IMG/VR virus record: IMGVR_UViG_3300026549_002379
From: an uncultured virus (IMG/VR IMGVR_UViG_3300026549_002379)
Taxonomy: Duplodnaviria; Heunggongvirae; Uroviricota; Caudoviricetes
DNA: 64,000 bases
Reading direction: 5' to 3' (one strand)
Made by a program: the position numbers and the translations under genes. The notes beneath the pieces were generated by a model. The model saw only the letters and a list, made by a program, of their open reading frames with translations, did no database searches and was not told where the DNA came from. Below, piece after piece: positions 39,136 through 51,000 of the stretch (position 1 is the stretch's first letter; the number at the start of each line of letters is the position of its first letter).

Positions 39136-40404
39136 TTAATCGTCGGTATAATCGTTGGACGAAGACGCCTCGTCCTCACGCATCTGACGCTCTTCGTCAG
39201 CAATGCTCTGGAACTCGGCAGGAATCGGACGTGCAGGCTTTGCCTTATCGACAGGCTTTGCATGCTTAGGCTCGGCCGGAGCCTTACCATCCTCAGCCGC
39301 CTCGACATCATTCTCGTCGATGTCGCCATCACCGTCCATGTCAGGAACCTCATCCTCGAGATTCTCTTCCACGTTCTGCTTAACGGCCTCGCGATGCACG
39401 ACCGCAGACTGCTCGGTCTTCACATCGCTGCCAGACGTCCTATCGGAATCCTCGATAACATCGTCATCGTTCATATCAACGAACGTATCGTCATCGTCCT
39501 GGTCGTCATCGTCGAACATCGAAGCGTCGAACGGCTCATCGACAATCGACTTGGCCGGCTCTGCCTCTTCCGACTTCTCAGCCGGCTTCTCATTGACATC
39601 CTCAACGGAATCCTCTGCAGAATCCTCGGCAACCTTCTCGCCGTTCTTCTCGGCTTCGGCCTCCGCAATCGACTTGGCCAGATGCTCGTCATGAGGCTCG
39701 ACATGGAACTTGACGACGTTCTGATGAATGCCCTCATATTCGTTATGCAGCGCCAGCTCTTCCGGCGTCAGCTCACGAGGCTTCTCAGGCTTCGGCTCCT
39801 GATGCTCTGCATCATACTGAGCATCGTAATCGGCGCCCATGTCGAAGTCCTCCAGATAGTTCTCCTCTTCATGATGAGGAACAGGCTTCTCGAAGAACTC
39901 TGCGAAATCGTATCCGCACTCCTCTGCCGTGACCTCGATACTGCCACGGTCCTCGATGTTCGCGAAGATAATCGGGGGCACATCCTCGCCCTGAGGCGGA
40001 ACCATCGTCATATCGCAGTACACGGGCATATACAGCTCGCTCTCGAACAGAATGTCCGGACAGCGGAAATCCGGCGAATACAGACCCTTGCTCACAAGAT
40101 TCGCAAGCTGGTCATCCGTAAACTCATAGAAGATGTCAACGGGAATGCCCTTGTCCTCCGGGAACTGCAGTCCCTTGACACCGTACGGAAGGTCACCATG
40201 CAGGCCCACGCACTCGCAAATCATGTGCATGTACGGGCGATGGGGACGCTCGCGGTCCTGACTGTCATGGAAATCAATGAACGCACTATTGACGTTGATA
40301 TCCGCCACACAGTCGACACCCGTGAGCTCTTCGCGTTCGGCATCCGGCATTGCATGTGAAATGGCGACCCTGGGGTCATCTGTCGTAAATGCTGAAACTA
40401 TCAC
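39136..40404 (-). CDS. Acidic hypothetical protein
   Basis: 422 aa; promoter TTGATT-N17-TATGAT at 40472-40444. Confidence 0.7.
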   Translation of the reverse strand: MIVSAFTTDDPRVAISHAMPDAEREELTGVDCVADINVNSAFIDFHDSQDRERPHRPYMHMICECVGLHGDLPYGVKGLQFPEDKGIPVDIFYEFTDDQLANLVSKGLYSPDFRCPDILFESELYMPVYCDMTMVPPQGEDVPPIIFANIEDRGSIEVTAEECGYDFAEFFEKPVPHHEEENYLEDFDMGADYDAQYDAEHQEPKPEKPRELTPEELALHNEYEGIHQNVVKFHVEPHDEHLAKSIAEAEAEKNGEKVAEDSAEDSVEDVNEKPAEKSEEAEPAKSIVDEPFDASMFDDDDQDDDDTFVDMNDDDVIEDSDRTSGSDVKTEQSAVVHREAVKQNVEENLEDEVPDMDGDGDIDENDVEAAEDGKAPAEPKHAKPVDKAKPARPIPAEFQSIADEERQMREDEASSSNDYTDD

Positions 40405-40468
40405 GTTTGTCTCTCCTTTCTGAATATGAAATCAGTCACATATATCATATGCTAAATACGCTGAAAAA

Positions 40469-40948
40469 TCAAGCGTTTTCGCTGTGCTTCTTCTCAATCT
40501 TGGCCTTGTGACGAGCCACGACATCGTCGAACCAGCGCGTCAGCCAATGCCAGAACATGCGAACCGCACAGCAGGACAGGAACACAAGCATCAGCGTCCA
40601 CACCAGCAGGGGCATGCCCCAAAGACCTGCAATCCCCGCCGTGGAAAGGTCATTGCCAACCTGCGAAATCAGCTGAGCGTATAAGACGTTCGCTACCTCT
40701 GGCACCAGACGACCAGATACAATCAAGGTCAACATCATAGCAAACGTCAGCGTCATGGCCACTTTCAGGAACCACAGGAACACGCCAAGCAGCGACCCGT
40801 CGCGTGCCCATGCGAACCTGCCGTTATCATCCGATTCCCTATGAGCCTTCGCTTCTGCACGATTCTTCTTGAGAATTGCGATAAAACTCTTCTTGTCCTC
40901 CTTCTTGCTCTGCGTATCGTTCGTTTTCTTATCTTCTTTCTTCTGCAT
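40469..40948 (-). CDS. Hypothetical membrane protein
   Basis: Two TM helices. Confidence 0.65.
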   Translation of the reverse strand: MQKKEDKKTNDTQSKKEDKKSFIAILKKNRAEAKAHRESDDNGRFAWARDGSLLGVFLWFLKVAMTLTFAMMLTLIVSGRLVPEVANVLYAQLISQVGNDLSTAGIAGLWGMPLLVWTLMLVFLSCCAVRMFWHWLTRWFDDVVARHKAKIEKKHSENA

Positions 40949-40974
40949 TCCGCATATCTCCTTTCAAATCGTAC

Positions 40975-41556
40975 TTACCACTTGTACGCAGACGAATTCG
41001 TCGTAATAAGCCTGATGTTGTTGACCGTCGTGCCATCCTTCTTGGAACTCAGCGTGTCAACATATGCTGCCAACGAGTAATCGTCCCCACCGTTGACCTC
41101 CACCAGATAGGTGTACGTCGAACCGGAGATGCCGCAGCAATAGGCCTTCACCGTGACCGTACGACCATTCAAAACGGACGGCTTGCCGTCCGGAATCACC
41201 GTGGACGCAAACGCGTCGTCTGCATTCACGCCATGAGCCCCGACGAAGTCCTTGCGCTTCGTCCCGGTACCGTCAATCGCGACAACCTCATCAAAGGTTT
41301 TCTGAATGGCATCCGTATCCGTCTTGACACGGTCCATATCAATGCCGACGACCTTGTCGCCGCCATTAGCCGCATCCTCGGACTTGCTTGCAGCCTGCAA
41401 CACGGCAATGCGGTTCTGGAGATTGTCAATCTCTGACGTCTGCTCAGTCAGAACGCTGTCCACCCGCGATGCCTGGACGTGATAATAGACGAACCCGCCG
41501 CACAACGCGAGAATCGCAACCGTCGCGATAATAAATTTCTTCTTGAAATCGTCCAT
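40975..41556 (-). CDS. Single-TM coiled-coil protein, possible VirB8-like
   Basis: N-terminal TM + coiled coil + alpha/beta domain; resembles 42335-42991. Confidence 0.6.
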   Translation of the reverse strand: MDDFKKKFIIATVAILALCGGFVYYHVQASRVDSVLTEQTSEIDNLQNRIAVLQAASKSEDAANGGDKVVGIDMDRVKTDTDAIQKTFDEVVAIDGTGTKRKDFVGAHGVNADDAFASTVIPDGKPSVLNGRTVTVKAYCCGISGSTYTYLVEVNGGDDYSLAAYVDTLSSKKDGTTVNNIRLITTNSSAYKW

Positions 41557-41557
41557 G

Positions 41558-42214
41558 CTACTTCACCTCCAGTCCGTCAAGCGCCGCGTCCACGTTCTTC
41601 TGATACTCGGCATTGCCATCATCGGACTGCAGCGTGTGGCCATACTCCGTAGTCACCACGCGGATGTTATCGAACTTGTTCGTCTTCGCGTCATACGTGC
41701 CGACGGCGTATGCCTCGAGACTGTCCGTGCCGCCAGGCGAACACGTCCAAACGACCGTCAGCGTATCCTCCTTGAAACTAAACGAACTCTCAAACGACCA
41801 CTTGACACCGGCACTTGTCTTCGTCGTGGCATACCACGGACGATACACCGGTGTATAACCGTCATCGACCTTGCCGGAATACTGCACGAGCTGCTGTGCA
41901 GTCTCCTTCAGCGCCGCTGCCTGCGTAGGCAGTGTGTCCGATGACATCTCGTTCTGCAGCTTGGCCACATCCTGCCCGGCCGCCGCGGCAGAATTCTTGT
42001 ACGAGGCAATGTCCTTCTCGGCCTGCTCGTTGGAATCCTCAAGACCCTGCTCCTGTTCCTTCAGCTGGGAAATCTTCTCGTTGTTCGCCTTGGCCATCTC
42101 AATACCGTCCTGCATGGTCTTGTTGCCAAGCAGAACCAATCCGACACAGCCAAGCAGACAAACGACGCAGAGGACAATCAGGATGACTTTTGATTTTCCT
42201 TTCAGTGCTTGCAC
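41558..42214 (-). CDS. Single-TM coiled-coil protein, possible VirB8-like
   Basis: Paralog of 43005-43787 (WSF...VVW.C...AYA.G.Y.A...KF). Confidence 0.6.
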   Translation of the reverse strand: MQALKGKSKVILIVLCVVCLLGCVGLVLLGNKTMQDGIEMAKANNEKISQLKEQEQGLEDSNEQAEKDIASYKNSAAAAGQDVAKLQNEMSSDTLPTQAAALKETAQQLVQYSGKVDDGYTPVYRPWYATTKTSAGVKWSFESSFSFKEDTLTVVWTCSPGGTDSLEAYAVGTYDAKTNKFDNIRVVTTEYGHTLQSDDGNAEYQKNVDAALDGLEVK

Positions 42215-42334
42215 GTCACCTACCCCTTTCTTTCTCGTCGAATTGTCAAAATCGACTCATTTACAAGCATAATTATAGCACGGCCATGCCAATGACGCAA
42301 CCGTGCTATTTAATTTCCTGCCTTTTATCAGCTA

Positions 42335-42991
42335 TTACCAGGCCGAATCCATGCCGTACGCCGACAGGTTTCCGATGTTCCCATCCTTGTCCATCGTGTA
42401 CGTCACGACCACGTCCGCAGATGCCGACGCGCTCTTCTCATCCTTCGAAGACGTTGTCACAACTGTAAAATACGTATATGTCCCGTCGTCGATGTTCGTC
42501 ACCGAGGACTTCATGTCTGTGAACGACATATTGAGCGCATTGTCATCAATATAATTATGCTTCCTGCCGTCGCCTTCGGTGCCCTTGTATCCGGCCACCT
42601 CGTACTCGGTCAACGGGGCCATGACACCTGTCATGAACTGCGAATCTTCCGGAATGCCATAGTTCTTCATCACGGTCTCACGTGCCGTCTTATAGGCCTC
42701 GCCGGAATCCCAAGAGAACGCCGTCTTAAACAGCTGGCGCATTTTCACGTCATCGTTCAGCTTGCGCGTCGAATCATAACCGGTCACGTCCGTGACCAAG
42801 GACTTCACGTTGGCATCCGCCTTTGCCTGAGCGGACTCCTTCTTGCTCTGCAGCTCGGCTATCTGGTCCTTCTGGTCAGCCAAGGTCGACTGCTGATTCG
42901 TATACACTACGGCAAGACCGCAGACCAGGCCAATAGCAAGAACCGCCAGAATGATACTCAGCAGATTTTTCTTCAAGAACTCACCTTTCAT
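42335..42991 (-). CDS. Single-TM coiled-coil protein, possible VirB8-like
   Basis: N-terminal TM + coiled coil + NTF2-like pattern. Confidence 0.6.
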   Translation of the reverse strand: MKGEFLKKNLLSIILAVLAIGLVCGLAVVYTNQQSTLADQKDQIAELQSKKESAQAKADANVKSLVTDVTGYDSTRKLNDDVKMRQLFKTAFSWDSGEAYKTARETVMKNYGIPEDSQFMTGVMAPLTEYEVAGYKGTEGDGRKHNYIDDNALNMSFTDMKSSVTNIDDGTYTYFTVVTTSSKDEKSASASADVVVTYTMDKDGNIGNLSAYGMDSAW

Positions 42992-43004
42992 GTCCTGTCA
43001 CCTC

Positions 43005-43787
43005 CTACTGCGTATCCTGCATGAACGAGCCGTCGCTCTGGGACTCGACTTCCTTGCGCTGCTCGTCAGTCAAATCCTTGGACCCAGAGGAGTCTTCAGA
43101 CGACGTGCCAACCGAATCGCTGTCAGATGACGATGATGCCTCGGAATCGTCCTGCGTCTTCTTAATCGTGTCCGAGAAGGACCCGTCACTCTGCGCCTCA
43201 ACCTCTGCGGCCGTAGCGTCACGCAATGCCTTGTTCCCTGCGGCCATCACCGTGACCTCGACATCGCTGAACTTACCCGCGGCGGCCGTATAGGAACCCG
43301 TGGCATACGCCAAAAGCTCTCCGTCCTTACGGCACTGCCACACGACGGGGATGGAACCCGCTGTGAACGTATACGGCGCGCTGAATGACCAGGACGCCCC
43401 CTGCACGGTCTTCGTATTGAACCAGATGGACTTCGCGTTCGCCGAATTCGATGCGAAATACGCCGCAAGCTTGTCGGACACGCCAGGCACATCATCCGTC
43501 GTACCATAAGAATTCTGCAAATCGGCGACGGCACTGCCGGCATCCTGTGCCGATGCGACCATCTTTTTAGCCTCACTGACCGTCAGCGTCTTCGTACCGG
43601 TAATGTCACTGATATCGCCCTCCAGCGACGCAATCTCGTCCGCATTCTTCTTATATGCATCGGCATAGCTGGAATTGTTCTGCGCCAGAAGCACCGCCGC
43701 GACGACGATGACAACGCCCAATGCGATGTTCACCCACGTGCGCGGATGTCTGAGACGCTCAACCACACTTGCTCTGCTCTCATCCAT
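43005..43787 (-). CDS. Single-TM coiled-coil protein, possible VirB8-like
   Basis: Start MDESRAS after AAAGGAG; paralog of 41558-42214. Confidence 0.6.
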   Translation of the reverse strand: MDESRASVVERLRHPRTWVNIALGVVIVVAAVLLAQNNSSYADAYKKNADEIASLEGDISDITGTKTLTVSEAKKMVASAQDAGSAVADLQNSYGTTDDVPGVSDKLAAYFASNSANAKSIWFNTKTVQGASWSFSAPYTFTAGSIPVVWQCRKDGELLAYATGSYTAAAGKFSDVEVTVMAAGNKALRDATAAEVEAQSDGSFSDTIKKTQDDSEASSSSDSDSVGTSSEDSSGSKDLTDEQRKEVESQSDGSFMQDTQ

Positions 43788-43861
43788 GAACAATCTCTCC
43801 TTTCGTAACAAAAGGGGACGGCCACGGTCCCTATGAACCACGACCGTCCCCACATACTCAC

Positions 43862-46036
43862 TTAGTCACCCGCATGAGCATACTTATCACTGTGCATAGG
43901 ATTCACGCAACGGAACACGTGATAGGTACCACGTGAATCGCCGCCGCCCAGAGCCCATGTCGTGGACGAGTCGCATCCCGCACTACGCTGGCCAAACGAA
44001 CCGGAAACGCTGTTTGCGCTCGCGTCTGCCTTGCCTGCGTACTTCTGCTGGATAATCTCCGTTCCGACATACATAAACGTGTGCGCACCAGGCATAATGA
44101 AGATGTCGCCAGGCTCAAGGTCATCGACGGTCAGAGTCTTGTCCGTTCCGATTTCCTTCCACCTGTCAGACGACACGCAGTAGTTGTACTGCTGCGTGCA
44201 TGCTCCCGGCGGATAATCGTCATCATAACCGGACCAGCGCACGGCAGTCGCCACGCATCGGTCACAGCTCATGAAGTACGGGTCGCCAGGGAAGATTGCC
44301 TCATGGAGCTTCTGGTACAGGCTCGTACCATTGTTGCCCGTGGCTTCGCTTGCCGTGGGATATGCATAACTTACGGCAGCCGCTGCCAAGGACGAGTTGT
44401 CATAGCTCTTCGACTTCACGCAATTGTCCTTGGACTTGCCACGCGCCGACGCGGAAGCCGTCGTCTTGGACACGTCCGCAGACTGCAAGGAACCGCCATG
44501 CGAGGAAACGTAATCGCTGTACTCCTTCGCAGGCCCGTGGTTCGTAAACGACGCCGCACGGAGGCCCTTCTTACCGGTAATCTTCTCAAAGTGGTTGTTC
44601 TCGGACACGGTGCCCCAGAATTCAAGCACGTTGACGTCGTTGCCATACGTATGGCCGTACGCGGAAATCTGCGCCGGACCAGTAGGCGTGTCGATAGGAA
44701 CAATCTCGTCCCATGACGTGCCGTTACGGAAATCATACGTGCCGCCACCACGGCGGTTACCCTTGACGTCGCCCTTCGTATCGCCAACGATGCACTCAAG
44801 TGCCGTACCGTCGCTCAGATAGAACGTGATGTAATCGCCGACATGCGCGTCAACGTCCTCAGTCGTACCAAACGGCGTCGGAGCAATGGCCACAATGTAA
44901 TAGTCGCCGATTTTCAAGAAACCGCCAGAATCATGAACGCTGCCGCCGGCCTTGCACATATCCACGACCGTGCGTTGCGCCGTACCGCTGCTGATATGGG
45001 AATCCAGCCAACCGATATCGGCCTCCCACGTCGTGGTATAGCCAATGGTCAAATTGCCAAGCTTCTCGGGAATCGTCCCGTCGCCGGTGCCGTACGTCAG
45101 CACGTTCTTCGAGCAATCCTCCACCTCGGTATTGTACGCGCCACTGCTTCCGTTCATTGCCAGCGTAGCAACGCCTGCAATAACACCAATCACGAGCAAA
45201 CCTATCATACCGCCGGCCACCACAGTGGCAACGGCCGTACCGACACCAAGCGCACTGGCAATCGCCGTACCGATAGTCGTGAAGAAATTGCCAATGGCGC
45301 CAAGGATACCACCCAGGAAACTGGCTCCCGCATTGACCGCGTTCGCCAGCATCGTGGACATGAACCGCATCAGTCGCATGAACTGGTTTGCGGCCGCAGC
45401 TCCGACACCGGCCTTGCCACCGGCTTTGCCTGCCTGAACAGCACGCCTTACCTTTGCGTGACGGTCCATAGCCGACTGGCCGCCATCGACAGAACCTTCC
45501 TCAGGCGAACCGTCGCCAGTGCCGTCCGGGTTCGTCGCACGTCCCATCGCACTGACATTGCTCTTGCCGCCCTTCAGACCCATGCCGCCTTTGCCGCCGC
45601 TCTTGGAAGTCGACGACTCCTGCTCAGACGTGGACTTGCCAACAGACCCGCTCTGCGATGCAGACGAAACGTCGCCATTACTGGCCTCGACATCGTCTGC
45701 ATCCTTCATCAGCTCGCTTGCCTTACCGCCACGCTTGCCGCCGACACGTCCGACAGACGCATCGGCATCCTGGTGGGCAGAGACCGACTGACCGTCGGCC
45801 GTGCCCATATCAGACGAGGCGCCACCGCCATGACCGTCCTTATTGCGAGCAACGCTCGCGTTGTTTGCATCCGAACCAGAGGACGCCTTGGCACCATCGG
45901 CACCGCCCATGTCGTTCTTCTCGGCATGCCCGACGTCAGGAGACTTCGCATCAGAAGACTTCGCATCCTTGTTTCCGGCGTCTTGACCCTGTCCGGCAGT
46001 GTTGTCTTTGTCTTTTGCATTCTCAGCCATGTACAC
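43862..46036 (-). CDS. Conjugative cell-wall hydrolase (VirB1-like; C-terminal CHAP/NlpC-P60-like domain)
   Basis: Low-complexity N-terminus, TM region, SCDRCVATAVRWSG...LEPGDIF...HTFMYVG Cys/His dyad. Confidence 0.75.
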   Translation of the reverse strand: MYMAENAKDKDNTAGQGQDAGNKDAKSSDAKSPDVGHAEKNDMGGADGAKASSGSDANNASVARNKDGHGGGASSDMGTADGQSVSAHQDADASVGRVGGKRGGKASELMKDADDVEASNGDVSSASQSGSVGKSTSEQESSTSKSGGKGGMGLKGGKSNVSAMGRATNPDGTGDGSPEEGSVDGGQSAMDRHAKVRRAVQAGKAGGKAGVGAAAANQFMRLMRFMSTMLANAVNAGASFLGGILGAIGNFFTTIGTAIASALGVGTAVATVVAGGMIGLLVIGVIAGVATLAMNGSSGAYNTEVEDCSKNVLTYGTGDGTIPEKLGNLTIGYTTTWEADIGWLDSHISSGTAQRTVVDMCKAGGSVHDSGGFLKIGDYYIVAIAPTPFGTTEDVDAHVGDYITFYLSDGTALECIVGDTKGDVKGNRRGGGTYDFRNGTSWDEIVPIDTPTGPAQISAYGHTYGNDVNVLEFWGTVSENNHFEKITGKKGLRAASFTNHGPAKEYSDYVSSHGGSLQSADVSKTTASASARGKSKDNCVKSKSYDNSSLAAAAVSYAYPTASEATGNNGTSLYQKLHEAIFPGDPYFMSCDRCVATAVRWSGYDDDYPPGACTQQYNYCVSSDRWKEIGTDKTLTVDDLEPGDIFIMPGAHTFMYVGTEIIQQKYAGKADASANSVSGSFGQRSAGCDSSTTWALGGGDSRGTYHVFRCVNPMHSDKYAHAGD

Positions 46037-46063
46037 ATCCTCCTTTCTGTCTCAAATCATCGC

Positions 46064-47362
46064 TTAATAGCATGTGATGACATCCTTACTCGTGTTAATC
46101 GACGCAGAGGAATCGACCATCGAAGCCTCCGCCTCAAGCTCAAGCAGCTGGCCAAGCAGCGTACGCTGATAGGCCACCTTCGCCTGATAGTACTCGTTCC
46201 AGGCCGACGTCAGATTATTGACATCCGTCTGTGCCTGCTTGTAGCGTGCCGATTCCTGGTTAAGGCTTGCCAGCTCCGCGCCATCGCTGAACGTCCAGAC
46301 GATATCGAAGTTGGTCACGCTATCCTTGCTTGCCTTCGCGGCCTTGTTCTGCTCCGCAAAATACTGGTCATACGTCATGTTCGGCGTATCCGTCTTCTTG
46401 ATGAGCTCATCAAGCCATCCATCCGTCACGGAACGCGAACGCCAATCAAAATCATAACCACCAGGCACAACAGACGCAGGCTTGAGCGTCAACGTCTCCT
46501 TACCATCATCGTCCTTCTTGGACTCAATCTTGTCGCCCTTAATCGCAGCAGGCGGCTCCGGCACGTTCATGTTATCCGTGTTCGTCAGACGATTCGTATA
46601 CTCGTCAATCTTGTTCAGCGCAATCTTCATCTCACTGAGCTTGTCATCCAACTGCTTGTGGATGTCGGCCTCTTCGGTCTTGACCACAGCCTGGTTGTAC
46701 AGCTCCTTGACCGTAGGCACCTGACCGGAACCCTTGTCAAGGCAATCAAGGCTCTTCGTTTCCGACGCTCCCGGATTCACCATGAGCGTGAACTGGTCGT
46801 GCTTTGCAAAGGACTCGTCGGACGCATAGTCCTTCTTCAGGGACTCGCTGTCGTCGCTCTCCTTCAGCTCCTGATTGCAACGAACGGTTACCTGAAGCAC
46901 CTGAGGCTGGAAGCCCTGCGTACTGTACAGGTAAATGCCCATATAGCCGGAACTGCCAAACATGTAAATACTGCCCTGCGGACGCGTCTTCAGCTCCGAA
47001 CCGTTGCCAACCGCCTGCGCGTTCGTCAGGAACACCTGATAGTTATCCGCATCGACCGACATGTTGGACATGTCCTCGAACTTCAGCAACACAAGCGCCT
47101 GCGTCTTGTCCTTGCTCGTATACACACCAGTGACGTTGCCCGTCACATCCGTACGCGACGTCGTGAACTTGCCACCCCACACGGCGGTCGTCTCCAGGTC
47201 TTCGTTGGACTTACCCATATACTGCGCAAAACAACCAACGGTCACGCCGACAAGAGCCACAGCCAAAGCGACGAACATCACGGCAAACTGCTCGATGCGG
47301 CGATGCTTGCCGGCCGCAAGCAGATTCTTAATCTTCTCCACTATGATTCGCTCCTTTCTCAT
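46064..47362 (-). CDS. Membrane-anchored hypothetical conjugation protein
   Basis: 432 aa with N-terminal TM. Confidence 0.65.
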   Translation of the reverse strand: MRKERIIVEKIKNLLAAGKHRRIEQFAVMFVALAVALVGVTVGCFAQYMGKSNEDLETTAVWGGKFTTSRTDVTGNVTGVYTSKDKTQALVLLKFEDMSNMSVDADNYQVFLTNAQAVGNGSELKTRPQGSIYMFGSSGYMGIYLYSTQGFQPQVLQVTVRCNQELKESDDSESLKKDYASDESFAKHDQFTLMVNPGASETKSLDCLDKGSGQVPTVKELYNQAVVKTEEADIHKQLDDKLSEMKIALNKIDEYTNRLTNTDNMNVPEPPAAIKGDKIESKKDDDGKETLTLKPASVVPGGYDFDWRSRSVTDGWLDELIKKTDTPNMTYDQYFAEQNKAAKASKDSVTNFDIVWTFSDGAELASLNQESARYKQAQTDVNNLTSAWNEYYQAKVAYQRTLLGQLLELEAEASMVDSSASINTSKDVITCY

Positions 47363-47500
47363 TTATATCGAACTCATATATGAGTACATTTTATCATAAT
47401 AGAAGGCATAAAAGAAGCCCCTCCATCCCCTCAGGTGCATCCACCGAAGAGGACAGAGGGGCCCTTTTGATGACCTTCAGTCATAAGCCTTGGAATCAGC

Positions 47501-47845
47501 TTACTTCATGAACAGATATGGCAGGATAGTACCGCCACCGTTGCCAAGCTGGTCAATCGTCGTCTTACCACCAGAAGCGATGTTCGAGACGAATGGAAAT
47601 CCGCCGACCATAAAGGCACCACCAAGAATCAGGAGAATGATGGTAACTGCCCAGTTAGGCGGCTGACCCTTGCCCTGAGACATCAGGCCCTTCGCAATCT
47701 GATAAACGGAAACGATAATCATCACAACACCAATGAGGATGATTACGAAACCACCCCAGGTCTTCAGAGTATTGGTTGCGTTCTGCAGGAACGAACCAAG
47801 GTCCCAGGAGCCAGGCAGATTGGCTACAATACCAGTCAGATTCAT
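47501..47845 (-). CDS. Small two-TM protein, VirB2/pilin-like
   Basis: 114 aa, two hydrophobic helices, own promoter TTGACG-N18-TATAAT (47958-47929) and downstream terminator-like hairpin. Confidence 0.6.
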   Translation of the reverse strand: MNLTGIVANLPGSWDLGSFLQNATNTLKTWGGFVIILIGVVMIIVSVYQIAKGLMSQGKGQPPNWAVTIILLILGGAFMVGGFPFVSNIASGGKTTIDQLGNGGGTILPYLFMK

Positions 47846-48033
47846 GTCGCTTCACTCCTTTCTACACGTCATAGCACGCGCGCATTTTGGCAATGCCTTC
47901 ATAATTCTTATCACACATTGCTGTGCATATTATAACATCGCCGACGCGTGCGCGTCAAGCCAATATTAGCAGATATATGAGCAGATACGGCCGCCACGTG
48001 GATGCCCGCGACGACCATATCCGGTCAACGAAA

Positions 48034-51000
48034 TCAAACAACCTTACCGGCCGCATCCTTTGCCTTGTCGGCTGCCTCTGCAACCTTCTTCGTCGCATTT
48101 GCAGCCTTCTTAGCCGTACCGGCCGCGTTACCGCCCTGACCGGAAGGCCTTGACGGCGACGACGTCGCGTTCTGCGCTGTACCGGAAGCAGCCGCCCTCG
48201 TCTGAGAAGCAGGCGATGCCGACTGCACAGACGCCGAGATGGCGTTATTCCAACGCTTCTTCTCAACATTCATCGCCTTACGCACATCAGCAGGACTCGA
48301 GTACGTCACACCGGCAACAGTGGCCTGACTGCCGGAACGCGTCGTCTCGATAGCCGCCTTGTACTGACCCATAAGGTTATCGTGCTGGCGAGCCTGCTGC
48401 GGCGAGATTCCGGCACGTTCCTGACGAACTGCCTGGACCTCGGCACCGCCCTGCTTGACGTCCTTGATGCCTCTGGCCGCACGCTGCGCACCCTTCGCGG
48501 CAAGTGCCGCATTGCCGGTACCGGCGCCAAGATAGGCTTCTGCACCGCCGACCACTGCATTTTTGACGCCATGGAGTTTACGCTTATGGCCATCAGCCGC
48601 ACGCTTGTTAAGGTCCTGACTCTTCTTGTCAGTAGCCAAAGCCTCAGCGGCTCCGCCCTTGACGCCATGTACGCCCTTTCCGGACTTCGCATCGCTTCCG
48701 CTGCTCTTAGAGCTCTTAGAGCTCTTAGAACTCTCTGCATTGTCAGTACTCTCGGTGCTTGCGCTGCCTTCCTTGCTGGTATCATGCGTAGACTTCTCGC
48801 CGGAAACGTTCTTGGCATTGGCCAGACTGTCGACCTTGGACAGTTCCTTGCCCTTAGCGACAGACTCGCTCGAAGAGCTGTCAGAACCGCTATCACCGCC
48901 ACCTGTGCCATCAGGACCGTTCGTAGTGACATCCACGCCGGAGACACCGCCAGGCCCAGGAAGCGCCTTCTGGGAATCGAAGCCCTCGGCGCCGCCGACA
49001 GCCTTGACATCCTCTCGAGAACCAGTGGCGTTCTCTGCCGTGCTCTCGGACGAAGACTCGCTATCATTCGACGCAGAACCCTCTCCGTCAAGGCCTGCCA
49101 TACCGGCAACACCATGACCGGTCTCACCGGAAATCGCATTCATAGCACCGTTCGCAAGACGCATGCCCGCATAACCTGCGACGCCACGTCCAACAGCACC
49201 TGCTGCCTTACCAACAGCGCCACGTGCCTTGTCAGCGGCAGTAGGACGACCTGCAACGGCCTGCGCGGAACCAGGAGTCTCGAACAGACGGTCAATGACA
49301 CCGGCAGTCCACTCGTCAAAGGTCTTGACGATGACCTTACGAAGCTTCATGGCCTTGATAACGAACCAGATGTCCATTATCGTCGCCAACAGAGGCGCCA
49401 TGAAACCAAGGAAGAGGTTCGGTACAAGCGACGCAACCGAATCACCGGCAACCGTCGGAATCATCGTGGCAGTAATGTTCGTATTCCATGCATTAGCCCC
49501 ACCGTCCACAAGGACATTATTCAGCGTAATAAACAGCTGAATGACAAGGCCATACGTCAACATCGTCGCAAAGACCTCGAGAATCATCATCAGGCCATAA
49601 GTCAACGTCTTGGCAATGGCACGCAGGTTACCAAGCATTGCAAACGGCAAGCTGGCAATCATACGCACACCACGGCCAATCGAGTTGACGACCATAGCAA
49701 AAGCATAGCCAATCGCGATGATGACCAGACCAAGCAGAATGGTGAACGTGTTCATCCAGTAAATCAGCTGCGACACGCCACTACCAACAAGGTTGACCGA
49801 ATGGTGGGACCGCAGAATCATGCCGGAAGCGGCCTTCTTGCTGGAGAACACCGTCATGGAACTATCGCCGAACTCCGTCGTCAGATAATTGTACATGGCC
49901 AAAGTGGAAAAATACGTGTCACCATTGCCTGAGCTTGCACCGGTAATCGTACCTGCTTTGCCTTCGTCAAAGCCAGAAACTGTCGTACCATCGGCACCAT
50001 CTGTCAGATACGTGGCTGTGCCACCGCTGACACCAGACAGCGTATTGTTCTGATACGAATCAAACTTAACGGCATCCTTGAACGAATCCGCCAAAGTCGA
50101 GTTGGTTTCAATATTAAGGTCCTTCTTCGCAGTCGTCTCGAACTGTGACGCCGAATAGTAAGAACCCTTCATGTAGCGAACAATAATGTCGCTCATGGCA
50201 CTAATCTTGTCCACCTGAGCAATCGTGTTCGTATCATTGAATACGTCGATGTTGCTCAGCTGGAACTTGGACGTCTCCCCGGAATCGACAGCATCCGTAT
50301 TTATCGCATTCACATCATGCGCAATCGTACGAACAGGCGTCGTATCCGACATGGACACGGTGCCGTCGCCCGTAACCGTAATATTGTCCCCGCTAGGCAA
50401 AGCCAAACGTGTCTTATTCGCCCAGCTCTCGAAGTCAATCAACGTACTGCCGACAACCTGATTCGCCATAGGCGCGCCACCCGCGCCATTGGACAGATTG
50501 AGCGCATCCAAACATGCCGTATACAGAACGCCCATAACAGGAATTCCTGCAATAAGGAACAGCAGTCGAATGACCGTCTTCTTGAGAGACGACTTAATCG
50601 ACCCCGTGCCACGCCATGCAAGAAGCGCAATGCCAACAGATGCCATGAACAGGACCGTCACGATGAACAGACCTGCACCCTGCAGCACCTCATACCAATG
50701 TGTCACCGTGGAAGCCAGCGACGAGAAGAACGAACTAGGCGCACCCACCGTAGTACCGCCGAGCGACCAATCAGCCATGACTGACTGACCGAACCAGCGG
50801 AACGGGTTGAACACGCTCAGAATATAACCCGCCAGAGCAAACAGCAGCTCCACGACCAACGCCATACCCCACGCAAGATACAAAAGACCCCCGGCAATGA
50901 ACCGAATGATTACGGCAAAGCCATCGTTCTCATAACCGACCGAATCAAGGCCAAGCACATTGAGAGCATGTCCATACTGCGCATAGGCCTGATAATTACT

